Shown here in pieces: positions 1 through 6,268 of a DNA stretch of 6,337 nucleotides (position 1 is the first letter of the stretch; every line of letters starts with the position of its first letter). The notes beneath the pieces are model-generated. The model ran no database searches, was not told the origin of the DNA, and saw only the letters and a list, made by a program, of their open reading frames with translations. The translations under genes and the position numbers were made by a program. Where the stretch lies: the IMG/VR virus record IMGVR_UViG_2711768060_000007, positions 1 through 6,337 of that record, one strand, 5' to 3'. The stretch comes from a virus. Its lineage: Duplodnaviria > Heunggongvirae > Uroviricota > Caudoviricetes.

Positions 1-230
1 GTGGCCGCGACGGCAACCACCGAAATCTTATTGCCGACCCGGCCCTCCTGTTTCGCCGTGAAATCCAGCGCCGTTCCCAGCAGCCACGAGCCAGCAGTAC
101 CGGAAGCGCACACACCGCCGGAGGCGCCCGGCGCAGTCCCCACCAGGCCAATCACTGCCGTGGAGATGGTCTGCACGGCAACCGTGCCTGTTGTCAGTTC
201 AATGGTTTCAACACCATGTAATCCGGACAT
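1..230 (-). CDS. contractile tail sheath protein (P2 FI-like), N-terminal part only; gene runs off the window start
   Basis: ATG at 230..228 preceded by GGGAGA (241..236 on minus) with 5-nt spacing. The first ~76 codons translate to MSGLHGVETIELTTGTVAVQTISTAVIGLVGTA..., resembling the conserved N-terminus of P2-type sheath proteins as I recall it. It sits directly downstream of the fiber assembly gene, as FI follows G in P2. Similarity fades after ~35 residues, so confidence is moderate. The + strand ORF 1..276 over the same bases translates to Pro/Thr/Ala-rich low-complexity sequence and is taken as a shadow. Confidence 0.5.
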   Translation of the reverse strand, partial: MSGLHGVETIELTTGTVAVQTISTAVIGLVGTAPGASGGVCASGTAGSWLLGTALDFTAKQEGRVGNKISVVAVAA

Positions 231-243
231 ACATTTCTCCCAT

Positions 244-265
244 AAAAAAACCGCCCTCAGGCGGT
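244..265 (-). terminator. rho-independent terminator downstream of the tail fiber assembly gene
   Basis: Plus strand 250..265 is a-ccgcc-ctca-ggcgg-t: a 5-6 bp GC-rich stem with a 4-nt loop. On the minus strand it is followed by a run of 7 T (complement of A 244..250). It lies 20-40 nt after the stop of the 285..827 gene. Confidence 0.55.
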
Positions 266-284
266 CAGATGATTAACTTCTTTT

Positions 285-827
285 TCAGGTATTTTGTGGC
301 TGCTCAGGCCAGCTAATATTGTTGTATGTGGTCTTATCCGTAATAGCGCTGAAATCCATCGCCTGCAGCGATTTCGCGTAAATGCGGTACGCTTTCAGCT
401 TCTCCCTGTCTTCGTCACTGATTAATCCCGGCAGCAGGTCTTTTTCCCACTCGCTGGTCATGATGCTGACCTGTTTTAACAGGGCATCGCGCTCATCTTC
501 CGCTTTAAGTTTGTAGTCGAAGACAAATTTATCGTCGCGGTAAAACCAGTAACCAGGCACGGTAATACGGCGATTAGCGGTAATATCAGGAACTTCAATA
601 ACACTGGCGTTACGGGGTTCAATGCCTGTCACATCCTTACCGACCCACACCACGCGCCCGTCTCCGGTGTAAACCATTTTTATGGTGTCACTGGCAAAAT
701 TCTTCTGTTCTTCATACCAGTTTTTTCCGTCTTCCGAAAAAAGCCAGGTGACACCATATTGTTTTGTCAGCTGATATTGTTCCGCGGTTTTCGGATTACC
801 CGCAGTAATATTTTTTAAATGTAACAT
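285..827 (-). CDS. G: tail fiber assembly chaperone (P2 gpG / Tfa family)
   Basis: 180-aa ORF. N-terminus MLHLKNITAGNPKTAEQYQLTKQYGVTWLFSEDGKNWYEEQKNF closely resembles P2 gpG as recalled. C-terminus ...KLKAYRIYAKSLQAMDFS...ISWPEQP matches the Tfa C-terminal pattern. Start ATG (827..825) is 2 nt after the upstream fiber stop TAA (832..830), indicating translational coupling. Confidence 0.85.
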   Translation of the reverse strand: MLHLKNITAGNPKTAEQYQLTKQYGVTWLFSEDGKNWYEEQKNFASDTIKMVYTGDGRVVWVGKDVTGIEPRNASVIEVPDITANRRITVPGYWFYRDDKFVFDYKLKAEDERDALLKQVSIMTSEWEKDLLPGLISDEDREKLKAYRIYAKSLQAMDFSAITDKTTYNNISWPEQPQNT

Positions 828-829
828 TG

Positions 830-1303
830 TTAAACACTCGCCACGTTATACCAGGTGCCATTAATCAGTTTCTGAAGCGGACGGTAATACACGCCGCCGA
901 TGTTATCTGCCGAATTACTTCCGGTTTCCTGCACATTAATACCGGATAACCCGTAGCCTGCAGGTGAGCGAAATGTCCAGGAAATTTCATTTCCCCCAGG
1001 GTTATAGAACATTTCGGAACCATAACGCACATCCTGCACGCCGCCATTTCGCTGCTGATAACGGGCATCGAAATTTCCATAGTTTGATGGGGTCATCTGT
1101 CCGTTTACAGCGAATGTGATACTGCCATCGGTATTTCTCTGGCTGTAAAAATGCCAGCCGGAATCATCACCAAGCTCTGCAACTACAGGTCGGGATGAAT
1201 TACCCCATAAATTAAACGTTGCGTTTTTCGTGGAGTTGTTGGCGCTGGATAACGTGAATTTTTTAGCATTTCCGGCCTGAATATTTTTTAACGCTATCGC
1301 CAC
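830..1303 (-). CDS. H: tail fiber protein, C-terminal (tip) portion; 3' piece of a frame-shifted P2 H-like fiber gene
   Basis: 157-aa ORF from GTG 1303: (M/V)AIALKNIQAGNAKKFTLSSANNSTKNATFNLWGNSSRPVVAELGDDSGWHFYSQRNTDGSITFAVNGQ...INGTWYNVASV, very like the P2 H C-terminus as recalled. The same frame is open upstream to a TAA at 1483..1481 and there encodes ...GYIGVQNALGGNSIAFGDNDTGIKQNGDGILDVYANGQHVFRFQNG, which is also fiber-like. The real coding extent in this frame is therefore about 830..1480. Confidence 0.75.
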   Translation of the reverse strand: MAIALKNIQAGNAKKFTLSSANNSTKNATFNLWGNSSRPVVAELGDDSGWHFYSQRNTDGSITFAVNGQMTPSNYGNFDARYQQRNGGVQDVRYGSEMFYNPGGNEISWTFRSPAGYGLSGINVQETGSNSADNIGGVYYRPLQKLINGTWYNVASV

Positions 1304-1371
1304 ACCATTCTGGAAACGAAATACATGCTGTCCATTCGCATAAACATCCAGAATGCCGTCGCCGTTTTGTT

Positions 1372-2259
1372 TTATACCTGTATCGTTATCCCCGAAAGCA
1401 ATTGAGTTTCCGCCCAGCGCGTTCTGAACGCCGATATACCCAGCGCACCATTGACCTGAGAACCGCCGCCAACAGACACTTTATGCGACATGGATATTTC
1501 ACCCGTCCGCAGATTAATAGTGAACGGTCGAAGTGGACCAATATCGCCATTCTCGCCCTGACCTTCACTGGTAGGGATAAGATGCAGGCACTCTTCCGAA
1601 CGACGAAAAATAAGGCCAAAAGCGTCGTTGAAAATCCTCAGCGCATTAACGCCACGGATTTTCAGTTCCCCGGTCATGGTGTCACCATCACGCTGAACGG
1701 CATTTTTTGCCTTGTCCACCGTGGGTTTTAATCCGAGGTTTTCAACAGCCTCATCCTTGTCTTCCACATCCGAAAGATTCTTTTTTCGTTGCAGATAGCG
1801 TCTGTCTCCGATTTCCTGAGTAATAATGGCCCTGTTCGGGTCAATTTCCACCACCACACTTTCCGCATGCGTCAGTGTCAGCACCAGTGTGATAATCACT
1901 TCTTTCACAATGGAATCCGTCTGGGCAGGCAGATACGTATCCGGATAGCGCCCGTAAGCAATCAGCGTACCTGAACGACTGCGCAGCCCCAGTTCACGCA
2001 GGATTTTTCCCGGATATTTTTTGCAGTCAATCACCACCTGACCACTGATCATCCCTTCGTCACTGCCGGCTGTGGAAAAGGGTTCACTGCCAAACGGCCC
2101 ATACAACTGCGTGACCGCCGCCATATCATCCGGTGTATCCGGCAGGTTTCCGTCACCACCGTCACCCAGTACCACATCTGACAGAACAACCGTTTTACCG
2201 GCCTGCCAGGCGGCTTCAATCTCCCTGGCCCCGGCCAGCGTCAGGACAAGTCCGGACAT
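1372..2259 (-). CDS. H: tail fiber protein, N-terminal and shaft portion; 5' piece of a frame-shifted P2 H-like fiber gene
   Basis: 295-aa ORF. ATG 2259..2257 is preceded by GAGGAGG (2270..2264) with 4-nt spacing. N-terminus MSGLVLTLAGAREIEAAWQAGKTVVLSDVVLGDGGDGNLPDTPDD...ILRELGLRSRSGTLIAYGRY and internal ...KPTVDKAKNAVQRDGDTMTGEL match conserved P2 H-type motifs. The last ~20 codons before the stop at 1374..1372 (..ISAFRTRWAETQLLSGITIQV) look like out-of-frame readthrough. Confidence 0.8.
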   Translation of the reverse strand: MSGLVLTLAGAREIEAAWQAGKTVVLSDVVLGDGGDGNLPDTPDDMAAVTQLYGPFGSEPFSTAGSDEGMISGQVVIDCKKYPGKILRELGLRSRSGTLIAYGRYPDTYLPAQTDSIVKEVIITLVLTLTHAESVVVEIDPNRAIITQEIGDRRYLQRKKNLSDVEDKDEAVENLGLKPTVDKAKNAVQRDGDTMTGELKIRGVNALRIFNDAFGLIFRRSEECLHLIPTSEGQGENGDIGPLRPFTINLRTGEISMSHKVSVGGGSQVNGALGISAFRTRWAETQLLSGITIQV

Positions 2260-2456
2260 ACAGCCTCCTCTGTGGTCAGACCAAATACACGGACAAGGCG
2301 GTCACGGAGTTCCGGGCTGACCTCTTTTTTCTCTTCATCAATGTCTCCGTCGTTAATCACCAGAACCCCGGCCCGGGCCAGTGTCTGCAGGTACGCAACG
2401 AAACAACTGTCCGTCTGGCAGAAATGAATTAACGTCTTCATCTGAACGAACGTCAT
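2241..2456 (-). CDS. hypothetical small acidic protein (71 aa), function unknown
   Basis: ATG 2456..2454 lies 2 nt after the upstream TAA (2461..2459) and has GGAG 6 nt upstream. Its stop TGA (2243..2241) overlaps the first codons of the fiber gene. It exactly fills the I-H gap with coupling at both ends. Translation: MTFVQMKTLIHFCQTDSCFVAYLQTLARAGVLVINDGDIDEEKKEVSPELRDRLVRVFGLTTEEAVCPDLS. No family recognised. The ORF track gives a longer 88-aa version from ATG 2507, which overlaps the upstream gene by 49 nt. Confidence 0.4.
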   Translation of the reverse strand: MTFVQMKTLIHFCQTDSCFVAYLQTLARAGVLVINDGDIDEEKKEVSPELRDRLVRVFGLTTEEAVCPDLS

Positions 2457-2458
2457 GG

Positions 2459-5400
2459 TTAACTCCATCCTGTCGGCAATTCGCCGTAATCGTCCAGTGC
2501 TGTGCACTGAAACAGTGTTCTTGCATGGATGACCTGCTCAGGCAGTCTGCTGATAAATGACAGCCCGTGCCCGCGCAGCTTCACACACCCTTCAAACGCG
2601 CTTCTTACATCCGTCACCGTACTGAAAAAATCCGGGCTGAAAATCGCCTCCACAATACTTTCCAGTGATACACATCTGTCAAAGAGGTGCCCGGCATCCG
2701 ATACCGCTGTACCGGAAAGCAAGCCTGTTTCCGCCTGTTTCAGTGATGTGCACTGGCTGAACGCATAGCTGAAATCCGTGGCCAGACTGTTACCGGAAAA
2801 CAGATCCGCGGGGACCACCTCCAGACGGGAACATTTCATAAACACCTTACTGAACGTGGTGACGTGCAGGTTGTGACGGAACAGCCCTGCAGGCACTGAG
2901 ACCAGTCCGGTTTCAGAAAACGCACTCAGGAAGACGGATATCAGCGGACAGGCAGCAAACAGCGACTCCGGTACGGTCTGCAGCGCTGTACATCCCGCAA
3001 AAGCACTCTCCACCGTAACCAGCAGCGGATTGTGCTCAAACACACCGGGCGGAACAGTGGTCAGTGATGTGCAGGAATAAAAAATACCCCTGGCGGTCGT
3101 CAGTTTCGTCATGGCTCCAAACAGGTCGTCCGGGAGGCTTTCCAGCGAAATGCAGCCACTGAACGTCATCCAGAGATAGGTGACTCCGGGAACATTGCCA
3201 AACAGCATCAGCGGCAGGGTGCGCAGAGCGCGGCAGTTCCTGAATACCTCCAGTAGCTCTTTAATTTCTGAGCACCCGTCAAATAAGCGGGCTCCAACAG
3301 AGCGCAGCGAGACACAGTCGACGAACAGCCCCCGGACCTGTGTCAGGGCGGTGCAGTCACTGAATACACGTTCCCCCACGCGCAGCAGACCGGAACACGC
3401 CATAAAGGCGTTATACACGTTGATGAGATTTTCAGCCCCTCTGAACGCACCGTCAGGGATCTCCGTCAGTGACTCGCAGTTACGAAATGCAGAATGAAGG
3501 GTCGTCAGCTCACGGCAGTCACCAAAATCCGGCATTACGCTCAGCACCCGGCAGTTATAAAATGCCGAAGCAAAGTCTTTTGCACCGGTACAGCCTGCCA
3601 GAAGCCCCTCTCCGGTGCTTTGCAGTGATTTATCACCGTAAAATGCGAAAGAAAAATCTCCTGCCCCCGTGCAGTTACGGAACAGATGGTCTCCGGTGGT
3701 ACGCAGCGCCGTACAGTTTCTGAACACACTGTTGAAGGTGGTGACGCTGGTCAGATTTTCAAACAGGCCATCCGGGAGGGACTGTAATGCACTGCAGTCC
3801 ATAAATGCCTCCCGGAATGTCGTTGAGCGGATGCACGGGCTGAACATCCCGGAAGGTACCGCCGTCAGTGACGTACATTTGCTGAATGTCCGGGAAAAAT
3901 CCCCGCCAGGCACATGGCTGAAGATACCTCCGGGAATGGTCGCCAGTCGACTGCAGGAATAAAACGCCTCCCTGAACTGCGTGGCACTGACACAGCCAGT
4001 AAACAGCCCCTCGCCGATACTGGTCAGTGAGGTACAGTTATAAAAAAGCCTGCCAAAATCCTTGGCCGATGTGCAGCCTGAAAACAGGTCTCGCCCCACC
4101 GTCTGCAACGCGCTGCAGCCATAAAATGCACTGTCAAACGTACCCGCGTTCTCCAGACCACGGAATAAGCCGTCAGGGACAGCTGACAGCGAGGTACAAT
4201 TACTGAAGACGCCTCTGAAACTCCGGGCCTCAGTGAAGCCGGCGAAGAGTGTGGCGGGAACCGTCTCCAGTGCGGTACAACCAGTAAACAGGCTGTAACA
4301 GTCCCGTACCCCCTGCAGTCCCTTAAAGGCGTCGTCATGTACAGTGACCAGGTTTCGCTGTCCACTGACAAACGACGCTAATGAACTCACTGTTCCCGTA
4401 TAACGAACCAGCTCCGTGACCGGATTCAGGGCGGCGGAGAACGCGTCTGCTGTGCGTTGCAGCGTGGCCTGCCCGGGGTTTTTTACGGTAATAAGATATT
4501 CGGTACCCTCCGTCAGCGGGCGTGTGGCGTATACACCATACAGCACACCGGAATTTGTACTCCTGAGCGCATACTCTCTGTTATCACCGTCACCGTAATT
4601 AATCAGGAAATCAGCGTTTTCAGGCCGGACAAAAAATAAGGGCCGGTCAGCAGACTCCACCCGGGAGACAAACGCCAGCACCGGAACCACCTTCACGCTG
4701 ACCGTGCAACTGATACCGTTGAGGGTGGTCACGGTAACCTGGCATTCTCCGTACGTCTGTCCCGTCAGTAGAAAACCGCCTTCCGCCAGGGTGGCTGTGA
4801 CACAACCAGGCTCTGCAACCCGGACAGTGAAACTTTTGTCTTCCGCCTCCGGTGGCAGGATAGTGACGCCGATAAAACGACATTCCCCGGGCTCCAGCCA
4901 GACTTCCGTTTCCGTCAGGGTGATACCGGTCGGAAAAATGCGGCTCCTTATATATTCGGTGGCACAGGCGTAACCGGCTGCATAAACCGGGCCTGCACTG
5001 CGACCATAAACGTGAACCGAAAACCATGAGCGCAGATTTTTCGCACGAAGCACCGCATGCTTCAGATCCTGATGATCATTCATCAGCACCGGTAAATCCT
5101 TCTGCTCCACGTTCAGACGAAAGGTATACGGCTCCCCGGGTGGGGTCTGCTCATACCACTCAACAATCTGCGACCGGAAGGGACTGTCAGCCAGCGATGC
5201 CATCAGCGCCGCTTTAGTCCCTCTGTGGCGGTGGATGTAAGCAGCACGTTTTATCGCAGACCTTTTTTCCGTCTCCGTCCAGTGTTCATTCCAGGTATCC
5301 ACCGCCATTTCCCAGGCCAGCCATGGCAGCAATTCAGCAGGGCATAAATCGGGATTTTTCACATAGCGGATCAGGCAGACCGCTATGTCTGACAGCATAT

Positions 5401-5476
5401 CTCCGGCGACACAGTCCACCACCCGCTCTGCCCGGCGGGCACTGACCGGCAGTATGCTCCTGATATCGTCATTCAT
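2459..5476 (-). CDS. baseplate wedge protein I (P2 gpI family) with large C-terminal extension: Ig-like domain plus ~22 BspA-type leucine-rich repeats
   Basis: Uninterrupted 1005-codon ORF. ATG 5476..5474 has GGAG 7 nt upstream and overlaps the end of the J reading frame (ATGAATGA). Residues 1-~180 (4937..5476) carry the gpI signature ...NPDLCPAELLPWLAWEMAVDTWNEHWTETEKRSAIKRAAYIHRHRGTKAAL.... Residues ~183-265 (4682..4930) look like a Big_2-type Ig fold (..FTVRVAEPGCVTATLAEGGFLLTGQTYGECQVTVTTLNGISCTVSVKV). Residues ~382-990 (2507..4333) are tandem 26-27-aa units, e.g. FSNCTSLSAVPDGLFRGLENAGTFDSA, FYGCSALQTVGRDLFSGCTSAKDFGRL, FMDCSALQSLPDGLFENLTSVTTFNSV. Confidence 0.9.
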   Translation of the reverse strand: MNDDIRSILPVSARRAERVVDCVAGDMLSDIAVCLIRYVKNPDLCPAELLPWLAWEMAVDTWNEHWTETEKRSAIKRAAYIHRHRGTKAALMASLADSPFRSQIVEWYEQTPPGEPYTFRLNVEQKDLPVLMNDHQDLKHAVLRAKNLRSWFSVHVYGRSAGPVYAAGYACATEYIRSRIFPTGITLTETEVWLEPGECRFIGVTILPPEAEDKSFTVRVAEPGCVTATLAEGGFLLTGQTYGECQVTVTTLNGISCTVSVKVVPVLAFVSRVESADRPLFFVRPENADFLINYGDGDNREYALRSTNSGVLYGVYATRPLTEGTEYLITVKNPGQATLQRTADAFSAALNPVTELVRYTGTVSSLASFVSGQRNLVTVHDDAFKGLQGVRDCYSLFTGCTALETVPATLFAGFTEARSFRGVFSNCTSLSAVPDGLFRGLENAGTFDSAFYGCSALQTVGRDLFSGCTSAKDFGRLFYNCTSLTSIGEGLFTGCVSATQFREAFYSCSRLATIPGGIFSHVPGGDFSRTFSKCTSLTAVPSGMFSPCIRSTTFREAFMDCSALQSLPDGLFENLTSVTTFNSVFRNCTALRTTGDHLFRNCTGAGDFSFAFYGDKSLQSTGEGLLAGCTGAKDFASAFYNCRVLSVMPDFGDCRELTTLHSAFRNCESLTEIPDGAFRGAENLINVYNAFMACSGLLRVGERVFSDCTALTQVRGLFVDCVSLRSVGARLFDGCSEIKELLEVFRNCRALRTLPLMLFGNVPGVTYLWMTFSGCISLESLPDDLFGAMTKLTTARGIFYSCTSLTTVPPGVFEHNPLLVTVESAFAGCTALQTVPESLFAACPLISVFLSAFSETGLVSVPAGLFRHNLHVTTFSKVFMKCSRLEVVPADLFSGNSLATDFSYAFSQCTSLKQAETGLLSGTAVSDAGHLFDRCVSLESIVEAIFSPDFFSTVTDVRSAFEGCVKLRGHGLSFISRLPEQVIHARTLFQCTALDDYGELPTGWS
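2507..4333 (-). repeat. in-frame tandem coding repeats (~78-81 nt period, ~22 units) encoding BspA-type leucine-rich repeats
   Basis: Protein-level periodicity F-x-x-C-x-x-L-x-x-[VI]-[PG]-x-x-L-F-(x)8-F-x-x-A, repeated about 22 times. Related motifs recur on the plus strand at roughly 80-nt multiples: gaacagccc near 2879 and 3323, aaacaggcc at 3761, aaacagcccc at 4001, aaacaggtc at 4082 (4081 begins aaaacaggtc), ggaataagcc at 4162. Units are diverged, not identical. Confidence 0.7.
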
Positions 5477-5575
5477 CGGTTGTCTCCACCTTATTCAGCG
5501 TTACCCTACGGCACCACGGTGCCTGCCCCATCGCAGGAACGATATCACTGGCTGGTGAGGTCAGATTCACCGTAA

Positions 5576-6268
5576 TCACCCCGGTCTGGTGCAGAGCACC
5601 ATAATATCCGCCACCACATCGTAGGGAATAATTTCTGCCGTCCGGACACTGACAAAATCCGTCAGGGGACGGGTTTCATCATCACAGACTGATGCTGCCA
5701 CCTTATCCAGCAGGGGTTGTGATGCAGTGCCATTTCCGGACCGGGATAACACATAAAGAAAAACCCGGCCTTCCTGCGAATGTGTTTCCGGCCCGTAAGC
5801 CTTCACATCCAGCACATCAGGATCAGCACTTTGTGCAAAATAGTGATACGCATTTTTCGCGCCGGCGGTGCTGAGCCGTGCCCATGACAACTGGATACGT
5901 TCGCGAAAAGCGTCATCATCTTCATACACCGCCGGCGTGGGCGGAATGGTGCTGTCGTCTGCCGGGGTAATAACCAGCCGCTGAACCTGATAATTCGCGC
6001 CAACCTGATCCAGGTCGTTCCCACCGGCACTGGCAAGCAGTACAGCACGGACAGCATCATTGATCTGCTGGCGCATCAGCGCCACCCGATAAGCCAGCGC
6101 CTCTGCCCATTTATATGCGGGATCAGATTCCACCAGAGCCGAAAACAACGTATCCAGCTCCTGATACTTCGCCACTATCTGAGTGACCAGCACAGCGGTG
6201 TCCGGCACATCCACTACATCCGGTACAGGTATCGCGGACAAATCAATAATGGCCTGAGACGTTGCCAA
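5576..6268 (-). CDS. J: baseplate assembly protein J (P2 gpJ family); ORF ends early, apparent frameshift near the 3' end
   Basis: 230-aa ORF from TTG 6268..6266, with GAGGAG 7 nt upstream and an in-frame TAA two codons before. Translation (M)ATSQAIIDLSAIPVPDVV...NDAVRAVLLASAGGNDLDQVGANYQVQRLVITPADDSTIPPTPAV... matches P2 gpJ motifs as recalled (IIDL..LP.PDVV; RAV.LA.AAGNDLD; L.ITPADDSTIPPTPAV). Stop TGA is at 5578..5576. The adjacent frame over 5469..5579 encodes VITVNLTSPASDIVPAMGQAPWCRRVTLNKVETTDE and ends overlapping the gene I start, which looks like the true J C-terminus. Confidence 0.8.
   Translation of the reverse strand: MATSQAIIDLSAIPVPDVVDVPDTAVLVTQIVAKYQELDTLFSALVESDPAYKWAEALAYRVALMRQQINDAVRAVLLASAGGNDLDQVGANYQVQRLVITPADDSTIPPTPAVYEDDDAFRERIQLSWARLSTAGAKNAYHYFAQSADPDVLDVKAYGPETHSQEGRVFLYVLSRSGNGTASQPLLDKVAASVCDDETRPLTDFVSVRTAEIIPYDVVADIMVLCTRPG

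Noticed and set aside
1-276. Plus-strand ORF of 91 aa at the window start
   Set aside because: Its translation is Pro/Thr/Ala-rich low-complexity sequence with no RBS. The minus strand over the same bases has an RBS and a sheath-like N-terminus, so this is treated as an antisense shadow.
865-1619. Minus-strand alternate-frame ORFs inside the fiber gene (865..1080, 1386..1619)
   Set aside because: They are embedded in the fiber coding region in a third frame, and the translations are basic and low-complexity. The 1386..1619 frame is neither of the two frames that show fiber homology.
285-2259. Invertible fiber segment (Mu G-segment / e14 Pin-like) or diversity-generating retroelement target
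   Set aside because: The fiber and its chaperone are on the same strand with no inverted duplicate tip genes, no invertase or reverse transcriptase gene in the window, and no template-repeat-like duplicate of the fiber 3' end.
1402-2432. Plus-strand ORFs antisense to the fiber gene (1402..1731, 1789..1974, 2072..2320, 2133..2432)
   Set aside because: Antisense shadows of a well-supported gene, with no RBS or family-like sequence.
2241-2507. Longer 88-aa version of the small ORF starting at ATG 2507
   Set aside because: It would overlap the end of the upstream gene by 49 nt and lacks an RBS. The ATG at 2456 has GGAG at good spacing and sits 2 nt after the upstream stop, so the shorter form is preferred.
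2507-4333. Possible CRISPR array, suggested by the regular ~80-nt periodicity
   Set aside because: The repeats are diverged and in frame within a protein-coding ORF. There are no near-identical direct repeats separated by unique spacers, and no leader or cas genes.
3541-5027. Minus-strand alternate-frame ORFs inside the large gene (3541..3729, 4024..4371, 4647..5027)
   Set aside because: They are out of frame with the 1005-codon ORF and Arg/Cys/Pro-rich. The repeat periodicity is seen only in the main frame.
2529-5217. Plus-strand ORFs of 60-105 aa inside the large gene (2529..2768, 3180..3497, 3469..3723, 3669..3962, 4416..4598, 4457..4639, 4704..4973, 5026..5217)
   Set aside because: All are antisense to a long, periodic, clearly coding minus-strand ORF. 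Their translations are Ser/Arg/Pro-rich with no recognisable motifs or RBS, as expected for open shadow frames in GC-rich DNA.
5692-6060. ORFs overlapping the J gene (plus 5692..5874; minus 5803..6060)
   Set aside because: Out of frame with or antisense to the J-like ORF, with no supporting signals.
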